From Selaginella moellendorffii (taxonomy: Eukaryota; Plantae; Lycopodiophyta): DNA of 64,000 nucleotides. A program made the translations under genes and the position numbers. Positions 40,165-51,178 of the stretch are shown here, piece after piece. The notes below the pieces were generated by a model. That model did not search any database. It was not told the DNA's origin and worked only from the letters and a program-made list of their open reading frames with translations. The stretch covers positions 994,165 through 1,058,164 of the forward strand of contig NW_003314263.1 of the NCBI RefSeq assembly GCF_000143415.4. The letters are read 5' to 3'. Every line of letters starts with the position of its first letter. The stretch's first letter is position 1.

Positions 40165-40617
40165 ATGTCTATGGGTTCTAGTATTGGTAATTTTAACTCT
40201 CACAATCTTTCTTCCCAGGGCTCAAGGGCTAGGAGATGTAATAACTATCCCATTGCATAGCATAACCAAATCATACAAGAGAATGAAAGAGAGGATAGTG
40301 AGGATAGTGATCATGAATTGGAGATAAATGCAATGACAGAGGGTGCAACAAATTGGGTGAAAAAGAATGCCCTCTTACTTGTTTTAGAAAAGTGCAATTC
40401 TGCCACTTTCAAGAAGTGCCCCATATATTTTCTAGCGTCTGGTGGAAACAATGGCAATGATCAGTATGATGGTATATATGCTCTTGCGACACATTGCAAC
40501 ATCACGCACCCGAAAGACTACCATGAAATCTTTTTTGAGATGGTAAAGACAAAAATGGAGACATACGAGTACTATAGGCAGTATTGCGAGAAGAACACTC
40601 GGAAGCATATAAAATGA
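40165..40617 (+). pseudogene. zf-XS-like small protein (copy C) with a CAG>TAG stop at 40258
   Basis: near-identical to 54595-55047. Confidence 0.75.
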
Positions 40618-40711
40618 AAAGTGAAATGAAAAAGCACATTTGTATTAATTATATAAAGTATAATAAGTTTTATTGATAGAGAATAAACATCGATAGTGTT
40701 AGAGAAATCTA

Positions 40712-42927
40712 ATTAGCTGAGTTTTCTGCAACTCAGCAATAGTAAGATGCTTTATTTCGTTAAAGTGGGACTTATTCAGTAAAGTGGGACATTAATTAGC
40801 ATGTGTCCACATGCCATTTCCTAGTACTTAATTAATATTTATTAATATTTCTATCAGTTTTTTAATTTATTTTTTTATATTTCACAATATTATAACACAA
40901 AATCATATGAAAAGTTTTTAATTTATAAATTATAAAGTTAAAACTTCAATTTTTTATTGTTGTTATAAAAATGGCATATGGCCACACACCATAAGTGGGA
41001 TAATGAAAAGTCCCACTTTAACGAAATAAAGCATTAAGGCTTATTTGGTGTATATGAATATCCACTTTAGAATCCTAGTGCAAGATGTTGATGAAGATGT
41101 AGTACATATGCTTGCAAGGAGCATATGCCTTCCCATGTTCCTCGCGCTTCGTAAAGTCTGGACATATGCAAGAAGGAAAGTTATGAATGGCAATTGTGTA
41201 CTCTCCACCTTCTGTTTTGACTGTGTACTCCTTTGCAAGCGCAATGATGTACTTCATGGAGAGAATCTCACACTCAAGTGTTTGAGCCAAGTTTATTTTA
41301 CCTTGCTTCTGATTGGAGATGGTACCAATAAATTTAACTGCCTTACCTTTTCGTGCTGGCCTCCTGTGCATCTCTGTAGGAATAGTCCTGCTCCTGTCAC
41401 TCATGTCTCCAACTCTCCTCTCAAGATTAAAACCAGATTTCTCAAGGTTTTCAATCTCATCCGAGGTGAGCGCGACCCCATTAGCAACCGGCCATTCTTT
41501 AGGTACTGCATCAGGTTTAGTCACTATAGTGTCTTCAAGCCTCTTCGTATGGTTGGCGTCAGTGTTGCAACAATATAGCCAGCACCATCTTGAAAATCCT
41601 GCTTGCTTTCGTTCCCCATAGAAACATAGGGCTGGAACAGAAGCAGATTTTTCACCACGAATCTAGGCCCAACACTTGCCCCTCGGAAGCATCCCCACAC
41701 ACCTTACATTCGATTTTGCTGGCACACGTCGGATTGCCCATTGCTTCGGCTCCACGCTACGGTAAGCAATTTCAACCTGTTGTGATGCACTCTCTTCATT
41801 AGCCACTTGAGGTGGCTCGGTTCGAGAGCGGTGTCTTGGAGCAGATTGGTACTCGACATCAGGCCTATGAGAGCTTTTTGCTCCAAGGTCCGTACCAACA
41901 TCTTCCCCAGCAAAGGAAAAATGACGCTTTGAGCGGACAGTCTTCATATCACTAATAGAAGCTCGGGGAGTGTACTCCATAGATGTGCCACGGACCACTT
42001 CCTCAACTACAGTTGCCACTGTTCGGGTGGGTGGAGTTAATTTTCTTTTCATCCTATCATGTAACATCTCAACAGAAGGCCCTGTTCCCATGTATCTTCC
42101 TTCCTCAAATGCCAGTGCTTTTGAAGATTGCTCTATAGCACGTATCAAATCTGATAGACAGGCTTCGTATAGACTCATCTTCCCTTTCCCTACCTCAGAG
42201 GAATGCCAACTCCAATGCGTACTTTCGGAGAGATTCACAGTTGGGGTGTATGCGAGGTCCTCAAGTGGTTGATCCTAATGGAAAAGGCAATATTAAAAGG
42301 TAATAAAAGGAGAAGAAAAAATATAAACCAACCTGAAAAGAGTGATGTCCTCATTGGAACATCCTAACTTCCCACCATCCTAACCATGACTCAAGTTGTG
42401 GTAGGCAACTTACGTCTGTATGGCCATCTTCACGCCACCACATTCGAATCTCATTTACTTTTGCCTCATGTTCTTCTTCAGAAGGTGCAACCTGCCATTG
42501 TTTGCACAACTCCTTAAATATTTATTGAAACTCTGGCTTGATAAGGTGGCAGTGTTGGTTTAGGCTTTGAGCCCAATGGAACTCACAACTCCTCTCACGA
42601 CCTTCCAATGGTTGACCATTCCCAAAACTGCTCGGATACCATTCCAGTTTGCACCAGCCCCATCTGCCATGAAACCATGAAAGTTTGCAGGCTTACCAGT
42701 CTGCTTTAGGACAATATCAGAGAGGGACTTCCAAAATATTTCCTGTGCTGTCTAGTCTTGTACTTTAAACTCTGCTGTCGCAATTGTTAAGTTACAACGT
42801 AGCCTATGAAAACACATAAATATTATAACAATTTCAATATAATGAGAATAAAAATTACCTTGGATCATACACATGAGCTCCCATGGTTGTCCAACCGGAT
42901 ACACGCTCCATATGGTCAAAATGTACC
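40712..42927 (-). pseudogene. 3' part of the element C transposase, interrupted by the MITE
   Basis: reverse-complement match to ~52570-54503; SWIM motif CICPDF...CKH. Confidence 0.9.
40747..41034. mobile_element. 288-bp MITE of the Sola-like family
   Basis: 27-bp TIRs atgctttatttcgttaaagtgggactt; 4-bp TSD TAAG (40743-40746 / 41035-41038); empty site visible in copy B at ~54455-54470. Confidence 0.93.
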
Positions 42928-43336
42928 GGGGATGGTCCAAAGTTGAGTTGAGCTCATGAGTTGAGCTCAATTCAGCTCAAGTCAATGCTAGTCAACATAG
43001 TCAACCATAAGTTTTATAAGGAAATATTAAGTCAGAAAAATGTTATTCTTTGGTGAACTTGAAATTTATGAGTTTAAGTATCAATGGTTCAGAGAGATTT
43101 TTATTTTTTGAATCTTTCTAATGCAGTTTATACAATTTCTAGAATTAGAAGTTCGTCTGAACCCATAGAATTTTTTGGGCTTTATTGGTCCCAAATAAAA
43201 TGGGAATATTGAAGTTCGAATGAACCAGAAAATTTCTATTGTCCATTTCAACATTTTAACATTTCAACAATTGACCAGAAATATATAAATAATTCGAAAC
43301 ACTGATTCACTCGTTCATTCTTTAGGGTTTACAGAG

Positions 43337-43582
43337 ATGGGAAGCAAGGAAGACAAAAAATCTGTTAGTAGTTCTAGCATACAGAAATGTGAGAATGTGA
43401 ATTTTGTTTCACTACCACAATCTCCATATTACACGCCTGGTCCTTATTACCCATCCGGGAATGTGGAGACCACTGTCACTATTGATAAAAATGCTCCTGT
43501 TACTTCCGAAACAACAATCCAGAGCAAGAGAAAAGAAGAAATGGACAGCACAGCGGAAAGCACTAATAAATCCACTCTATAA
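43337..43582 (+). CDS. 81-aa 'SPYYTPG' protein
   Basis: homolog of 3658-3930; tttagggttt telobox just upstream of the ATG. Confidence 0.65.
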   Translation: MGSKEDKKSVSSSSIQKCENVNFVSLPQSPYYTPGPYYPSGNVETTVTIDKNAPVTSETTIQSKRKEEMDSTAESTNKSTL

Positions 43583-44011
43583 ACCTTTCAATGGCTTTTG
43601 TAATCCACTAAAATATTATAAAAAAATGTAAGTTTTTTATATATATCTTATTCCTTTTGATATGTTTTGTCTTTGCAAAGATATATGATGTAGACAAATC
43701 AAAGAATTAAATCTATATATGATTTTGGGATTGAAAGGTAATCTTGTAAAAAGGCATACTCGCGTGCTTGTGTATATTTGCTATTATTATATATGGCAGG
43801 CCAACTATATAAAATAAGGCTACATATTAATTATATGCTAGTTTTTAGCTTCTGAAACCCTATAGCCACTTGTTTCTCATAGTAGGTTGTAATTACTAAG
43901 ACTGACAATTATCATTCACTATAGTGTCATGTCATAATAAAACATCATTCCCGAGATTGAAATATAGTATATTAATGAGAGAATTTTTATTGCTAGGAAG
44001 TTTAATTCTTC

Positions 44012-44578
44012 TTGTGTGTTGCAATGGTTAGGAAGAAGTTTACTTTTGGTCCCGAAGGCCTCTCATATGAGTCTCCACCTCCATCTCCAATCTCAACCAA
44101 TAATCCACCTTCACCTCTACGCAACAATCCTTCTTTTCATTTTGAGGGCTGTTGTGAGGCTTTTCCATTTGCGACCTCGAGTGCAACTGAACAAAAACTT
44201 CTTCCTTATGATGTTGATAAAAAAGTTAGATTGCCTCCAATGCTTCAAGAGCGATGTCAATATTTTCTTCAAGATCTTGCTCCTGATATGGCAGGGGAGC
44301 TTAATGTAGATACATATTATCTTCAGTGTCCTATATGCAACTTTTATTTAAACAAGACAGATGGTTGCATGGGTTTGGTAAATTTTATTGAGCATTGTCG
44401 CAAATGCCCAAGAGCGGGTTTGGAAGGTGTGCACCCGTGGATGTATAAGAAAATCAAGAAAGAATTAAAAACACACAGCTATTATGATTTCATGGTGGAG
44501 AACAATATTCCATTGGTGAACACTGCATCAGTAAGTGCTGAATATGGGATATTTAGGCCACCCTTTAATGTAATGTGA
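44012..44578 (+). CDS. Pro-rich N-terminus plus zf-XS-like zinc finger, paralog 1
   Basis: CPIC-x18-H-x12-H-x9-EL; paralog of 44837-45385. Confidence 0.75.
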   Translation: MCVAMVRKKFTFGPEGLSYESPPPSPISTNNPPSPLRNNPSFHFEGCCEAFPFATSSATEQKLLPYDVDKKVRLPPMLQERCQYFLQDLAPDMAGELNVDTYYLQCPICNFYLNKTDGCMGLVNFIEHCRKCPRAGLEGVHPWMYKKIKKELKTHSYYDFMVENNIPLVNTASVSAEYGIFRPPFNVM

Positions 44579-44836
44579 AAGTCATGCATAGTTTTTTCAA
44601 AAGGTTAATTCTTTATGAGTAAAGTGGAGAATCTTATATTTTCGAGAATGATATTATTCTAGCATGTATAAAGATATTATTATATATACAAGTGGTTCTG
44701 ACACTGTTATAATTCTGAAGTCCCATTTTTGAGACTGACAATTTAAACTTTCAAGAACCCCTAGATCTTTTCTTAGTATAAATACCAACAAGGGATGCTT
44801 TCAACATTGAAATTTCAGTTTGTTTAGAGTGTAGGA

Positions 44837-45385
44837 ATGGCTAGGGAAAATGCTATTGCTACTCGCACTTGGCCCCCATGCATCTCATATGAGTCTCCAC
44901 CTCCGTCTCCAACTTCTACCAACATTCCACCCTTCCCTCCATACATCAATCGTTGTGAGGCCTTTTCTTTTGTAGCCCCAAGTGTGACTGAACAAGAGAT
45001 CCCTCTTCCAGATAATGTTCTAGATGTTGCTACTAAAGATGGATTGCCTCATGTGCTTCAAGAGCGATGCCAGATGTTTCTTCAAGATCTTGCTCCCGAT
45101 ATGGTTGAAACTTTTGAAAGAATGAACACATATTATCTCCAGTGTCCCATCTGCTACTTTTATTTAAATAAAACGGAAGGCTGTATGGGTCTAGAAACTT
45201 TTCTAGAACACTGTCACAACTGCCCAAGAACTGGTGTGGAAGGTGTGCACAAATGGATGTATAAGAAAATCAAGAAAGAGTTAAGAACACACAATCATTA
45301 TCATTTCATGGTGAGGAACAATATTCCATTAGTAAATCCTACACCCACAAGTGCTGAATATGGTATTTTTAGGCCATCCTACTGA
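44837..45385 (+). CDS. Pro-rich N-terminus plus zf-XS-like zinc finger, paralog 2
   Basis: same motifs (YESPPPSP; LQERCQxFLQDLAPDM; YYLQCPIC; EGVHxWMYKKIKKEL). Confidence 0.75.
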   Translation: MARENAIATRTWPPCISYESPPPSPTSTNIPPFPPYINRCEAFSFVAPSVTEQEIPLPDNVLDVATKDGLPHVLQERCQMFLQDLAPDMVETFERMNTYYLQCPICYFYLNKTEGCMGLETFLEHCHNCPRTGVEGVHKWMYKKIKKELRTHNHYHFMVRNNIPLVNPTPTSAEYGIFRPSY

Positions 45386-45825
45386 AAATTCCAGCCACTA
45401 ATAATTCTTACACTATGATATTATTCATCCCCCCCCCCCCCTCTCACCTTTTTTTTATTAACAAAATTGTATTACCTATAGATAATAAACTGATAATACT
45501 AGTAATTATGAATTTTTACAGATTGACACTGTAACTTTGTCATCTCTGACACTGACACTGTCTCTGTCACTGACATTATCACTGTCGCTATCTGCTACAC
45601 TGACACTGTCAGTGTCACAATCATTATCACATTGACATGTGACACATCTTTCTCATTGCATTCAATTGTCTTTTAATGTATCATTAATAAATAGATTTTT
45701 CATACCACTCCTCAATTTACATATTGCATATGATATGCCATGCATACCTAGGAAGACTTCTAGAAAACTAAATATATATTATTTATAAGTTTTTAAAACA
45801 TCATAAATTACCTCCTAGAAGCAAC

Positions 45826-48800
45826 TCATAGAGAAGGACGAAAACCTCGAAGACGGCGTTTGAAGAACTCATGTTCTTCAATCGCAAACACCGATCTACC
45901 AGAGTCACGTGCTGCTTCGACCATCGAACCACTACCTGCTGTGCAATCGATGACAACACCTCTAGTTGGGCAATAAAGCTCAAGTAGGACATGCATCGCC
46001 GATGGAGATCGGAACCGATACCCAGACAATGTGTTGCGGATGTCGTCGTCTATGAGATTTGGTATGATGTCAGTAAAGCTGTCATACCCTGGCAAAACCC
46101 TTGCAGCACGCTCGCTATCACGAAAACCGTCATTTTCTTTTCTGCAAAACACATGGTAGGTCCACATCATAACCTGAATAATAAAACTTTAAGAGACAAC
46201 CAAAACAGAAAATGATTTCTTACCTTCTCTGGCATGCCTAGGACACCTTTGGTCTCGACCCCAACACTATCCATGATGCATCCGGAAGAGAACCTCTTGA
46301 AGTTGACTCGACTTGCATACCTCATAAGGCAGGACATCCAATGGGGGTCATTCGGGAGAATGAAGGCAACTTGACCGGTTGTGTGAAGGAGAATTGCTGC
46401 CAAAAGGAATGCATCCTTCAAGTGGTCTTTAGTCAGGTTGTTCCAGCTTGGGACATCACCATTAGCGTCTGGAAGACCATCTGGCATGTCAAAGAGCATG
46501 AAGTTTGTGCTCTTGAGCGGTCGCCTATGGATCTTCTGACAAAAGCGCTCCCACTTTTGCCGGATAGCCATATTCTCAGCATCCTCCTCAAAAGATGCCA
46601 TCAATGAACTATAGGAGCCAATAAAGATCCCAACTTCACCACGGAATGCCACTGGAGATACAGGGCGAATCTAGGGGGAGAAGACAAAGATAAGATGTGA
46701 ATTTAAGAAAAATTTACATACCGTCATGTGGCGTGTGGTAGATGTAAGTTCCTCCAAGTCCTCTTCTCGAGCATCAAGACGAGCTGGAATGAAGTTACTC
46801 CCGACAGTTTTTGCTGCAACCATTTTGAGGAACTAAGAAAAGGAGAGAATAAAAAGAAATATACCTCGAGAAGTTCTTCGGTTACGGGGACGTTTTGGAC
46901 GATCATCATCACTGTTGACTAATTCCTCCAGATGTGGATTTGCTCGCTTTCGTCGAGGTAGAACTTCTTGGACGTTCTGGTTCTCTTGCTCGACTTCGTC
47001 TCGAAGAATCTCATTCTCACCGCCATCTTCACTCTGCTCGCCATTGGCACCAACAGGGTCGACATTCTCATGGCCATCATCTTCGTCATCATTGTTGCCT
47101 CTTGCAGCCTCATGGTGGGTTGGTTCATAATCTGGCATCTCCAATTCCCAAGGACAAGCGCGCTTTATTGCTGCTGGAAACTTCATTGTTGTCGGGTACA
47201 TGCCTCCATCTCTCACACCATGCCTCAGGAGGCGTGTGCATACCGGTGTTTCGAGAGGAACGCTTCTATATTGGAGATACCTATAATAGAATATAAACAA
47301 TTGAGTATAGTTGAGAAATTGTATGTTACCTGAAAGCCGCTCGACGCATGAAGTAAGGTTGGCCAAGTTGTTTCTCAAATGGAGTCGTGCTTGTGGCCTT
47401 CTTTGGCAGCCAGTCCTCTCCAAGTTTTGTAAGCTCAATGGTGACGAAGTCCTTAAATGGAAGTTGCTCAGGATCATCCCCTATGAAAGGTGCTAGAAAC
47501 ATCTCCCCTTCATATACAGTTTGTGAAATGTAGACGGTCCTCCTCATCACAGTCTCCATCATACTGTCCAAACCTTTTTCTCCTTCCCTGAGTCTGCTAT
47601 TGAGGTCGTTTAGAATGTGTATCTGTTCCTCATATGTAAGCTTTGACTTTGAGATGTTGTAAATAATCTCATCTGGAGTCTTGCCCACTAAAAAATAACT
47701 TTTGTGAGAACCTTCATGTAAATATAAACAATACTTACTTTCATGACAAGAAATCTCTGTTATAATATCGAACCACTCCTTTGGGCGTCGAGGGTCAGCC
47801 ACACTAAGTAATTTCTTTACCTTTGTCTTCTTTGTGGTGTTGATTTTCTTGTCAATTGCAGCTAAATGCTCTGAGAGTTCTTGATCATTTTCAGCTCGAT
47901 GCGACTGTGCATATGCATCTTGCTTAACCTTCACCAATGGCTGAAGACAACACAAACATTCTATGATAAGAAGTATACTTAAAAGAACATACCTTACTCC
48001 ACACAGCTGTCATAAAAGCCACTGGATTCTTGTACCATCTATTGGCATCCTGACGACCTCGTTGATGTCGAATAAGTGATGCTAAATCATCACCATAGTG
48101 GCTGCGGACTGCATCCTCGTCGAGATTGGCAAGAAACCGGATCTGCTCCATATCATGTACTAGGCTTTGTTTCTGCACTGCAAACTGTCCCAGTCTGCAA
48201 AACATAAATTGTTAAAAGTGATTGAAGAAGGAGAGGTACTTACGCATTAATTTTGTGGCAAGCTATCACAAGCCTTGCCAAATCTAGAGATCCTCTCGCG
48301 TGTACATGTCCAACCGGAACATTGATGTGATAGACAGGATCATCTCGGAAGCATTCTCGGATGCACTTCATCCACGCGCACCAGCGATGATTCCCGTCGA
48401 TAATGTAGAACATTTTCCCCACAAATTGTTGAGTCTCAGGATGGCTCATAAGGTTGTTGTCAAATTCGCGGGACTTCATTTTCCAAATGTCATCCCAATC
48501 CCTCTCGATTTCCGGTGACACCGAGAGGGTATTTGTCGTTCCTGGCTTGAAAACCGAAACAAGGAACATACCTATGTTTGTCCCAAGGCCATTCTGTTTG
48601 TACAGACTATAGATGTCCATGTTGACGAAGTGCGGTGAAGCAGACCGAACGATGCTTGTCTGAGTGAATCGACATAGTGGGATTTCTCGGATCATGTGCC
48701 CCGGGCCTTCCCACTTGAGAGACTCCAAAGTCGTGTGAATGGCCTTCTCTTTAGTTCTCAAAACTGTCTCTTGGAAGCGCTTGTCGACAATGTGTTCAGG

Positions 48801-50372
48801 TAGCTCCACTTCTCTTTCAGCTTCAGCTACACCTCCAGTAGCACCATTATCAGATCTATCCCCTGACTCGGGCCCAACACCGCCATCAGGCGCACTTGGG
48901 CACTGCTCCGTTTCTGCCATATTTTGTGAATATGTTAAGAGTAGTGGCATTTGTGGTTGTGGCAGTAATGGTAGTGATGACAATGGTTGCGCTGGTGGTG
49001 GTGATGACAATGGTTGCGCTGGTGGTGGTGATGATGGTGGCGGTGGTGGTGGTAATGGTGGTGATGACGGTGGTGGTGGTAATGGTGGTGATGAAGGTAA
49101 AGGTGGCGGTGCCGGTAATGGTGGTGGCGGTGGTGGCGGTGGTAATGGTGGTGGTGGCATCGATGGCGGTGGTGGGGGTGCATGTGGACTGGAGCTATGT
49201 GGTTGGGAAGACGGTAGAGTTGTCGCTGTGGAAATCTCTATCTGAAGGTCAACTTGATTGTCATCCTGGATCTCATCTTCCTCATGTCTTCTCCTTAATC
49301 CAACATCCTTCTCCTTTTGTAGTTGCTTCCGTTTCTGAAAATAAAAAAAACTCATTAGAAATTATAAATGCATAAAAAGAGGGGAACAGGGCGTGGGCTC
49401 GGTGCACGCCTCCCCCAAGCACCTTGGTCGGCCCGCGCCAAGACTGCCCGCGAGCCGNNNNNNNNNNNNNNNNNNNNNNNNNNNNNNNNNNNNNNNNNNN
49501 NNNNNNNNNNNNNNNNNNNNNNNNNNNNNNNNNNNNNNNNNNNNNNNNNNNNNNNNNNNNNNNNNNNNNNNNNNNNNNNNNNNNNNNNNNNNNNNNNNNN
49601 NNNNNNNNNNNNNNNNNNNNNNNNNNNNNNNNNNNNNNNNNNNNNNNNNNNNNNNNNNNNNNNNNNNNNNNNNNNNNNNNNNNNNNNNNNNNNNNNNNNN
49701 NNNNNNNNNNNNNNNNNNNNNNNNNNNNNNNNNNNNNNNNNNNNNNNNNNNCCGGCTCGGGCCAGGCACTTGGCACGCACCGGCCTTGGCCCTTGGAGGT
49801 GGGCCGGTTCGTTGGCGTACCGGCCCTCCTCCAAGCGCCAAGGCCGGCTCGCGGGCTGTTGGCCTTGGCGCTTGGACTTAGCTGGCTCGCACCAAATGCC
49901 CAGCGTGGGCATTTGGCGCAAGCACTTGGCGCCTTTGCCAGCCAAGCGCCTTGGCCAGCCTGCGTGGACTTGGCCGGCCCAGGCGGAGTGCCCAGCCAAA
50001 TGCCCGGCCTGGGCACTTGGCAGCGGCGGTGTTGGGCAGCAGTGGCCCTAGGCAGCGCGGCGCTGGCGTGGCGTGGCGTTGGCACGGCAGCGGCGGTATG
50101 GCAGCGGCGGTGCTGGGGAGTGGCGGCACGGCAGCGGCGGCATGGCAGTGGCGGTGCTGGGCAGGCAGCACTGCGCTAAGCGTGGCATGGCAGTGGGCGG
50201 CGCTCGGCAGCCCTGGGCAGTGGCGGTGCTGAGCATGGCGTGGTGTGCGCAGCGTGGCGGCGCTGAGCATGGCATGGGCGCGGGGGCGCTGGGCGCGGCG
50301 GCGCTGGGCAGGGAGGAGAGGGAGTGGAGGAGAGGGAGTGGAGAAGGAGGAAAAACTTACTCTTGGCGGCAT
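45826..50372 (-). CDS. 9-exon ~1055-aa protein: NLS and poly-Pro, ParB/Srx-like domain, helical region, beta-class N6/N4 DNA methyltransferase-like domain
   Basis: exons 50372-50361, 49334-48244, 48194-47993, 47940-47739, 47687-47330, 47280-46865, 46813-46722, 46670-46224, 46173-45826 join in frame (3168 nt) with GT-AG sites shared with copy C; FYIIDGNHR; FMLFDMPDG; VVIDCTAGSGSMVEAARDSGRSVFAIE. Confidence 0.8.
49458..49751. other. assembly gap inside GC-rich intron 1
   Basis: N run. Confidence 0.95.
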
Positions 50373-50417
50373 TCTGTTCCCGCAGTCACTCTCAATCTCC
50401 CGCGATACTTTCTGTAA

Positions 50418-50450
50418 AACCCTAACGCCGGCAGCTGCCCTAACCCTAAT
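50418..50450 (-). promoter_or_regulatory. telobox-like TTAGGG repeats upstream of the ParB-MTase gene
   Basis: aaaccctaa...ccctaaccctaa; homologous tract at ~57835-57875 in copy C. Confidence 0.6.
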
Positions 50451-51178
50451 CTAACTTTCATCACAGCCGTTCATCATGGATGCAGTAAATCTTCACTGTA
50501 CAATAAATAATAAATCTAGCACTGTACAATTTCTATTCCGCCCTAGATTTGATCACGTGACAAAGTCCTTTTGAATTGTAATTTAATAATGGAGGTGTGC
50601 TCTAATATGACTATGTCATAATGTGAAATAATGTCACAGACGCATGTGTTGAATTGATCACAGTACGAAATTGTTAGAAAATATAAGATTATTAAATCGT
50701 AAGGTGTTATTTCCAAAGTAATGTATATAGATAATTTACTATAGGTGATAGATGGTAGTACAAAGATGGAATATATTTAAATGAGTTCAGAAGAATGTGA
50801 TGATTTCTAGCTTTAATGAAGTACTGAAAATATGTACAATATTTAATTTATTTGGCAACAATTGGTTGATGGTAGATCCTAGAATAAAATCATTCCTATC
50901 TTTCATATTATGGCACATGCTTGACGTGATATTTCTTTCCATTCTACCAAAAGTTAGTGCATATAATAAATTTGAGTATGTTTTTGAATTCAATGTATAT
51001 AGACTTTTAATATTGTACAACATAGTCCTATATACTTCATACAGAATTTATTATAACAACATTATTCGATGTTAGATCCTAGAATAAAATCGCCCTATCT
51101 TTTCACATAATGGCATAGCACATGTGAGGTGACATTTCGTTATAAAAGTTCAAAGTTCCAAAACCTAAAGGCAACAAA

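Noticed and set aside
45826-50372. Bacterial contamination as the source of the ParB-MTase gene
   Set aside because: The gene has eight GT-AG introns and lies within a TSD-flanked plant transposon present in three copies.
48739-50454. Gly-, His- and Val-rich ORFs and long ORFs spanning the N gap
   Set aside because: Antisense or alternate frames of the poly-Pro exon and GC-rich intron 1; lengths inflated by Ns.
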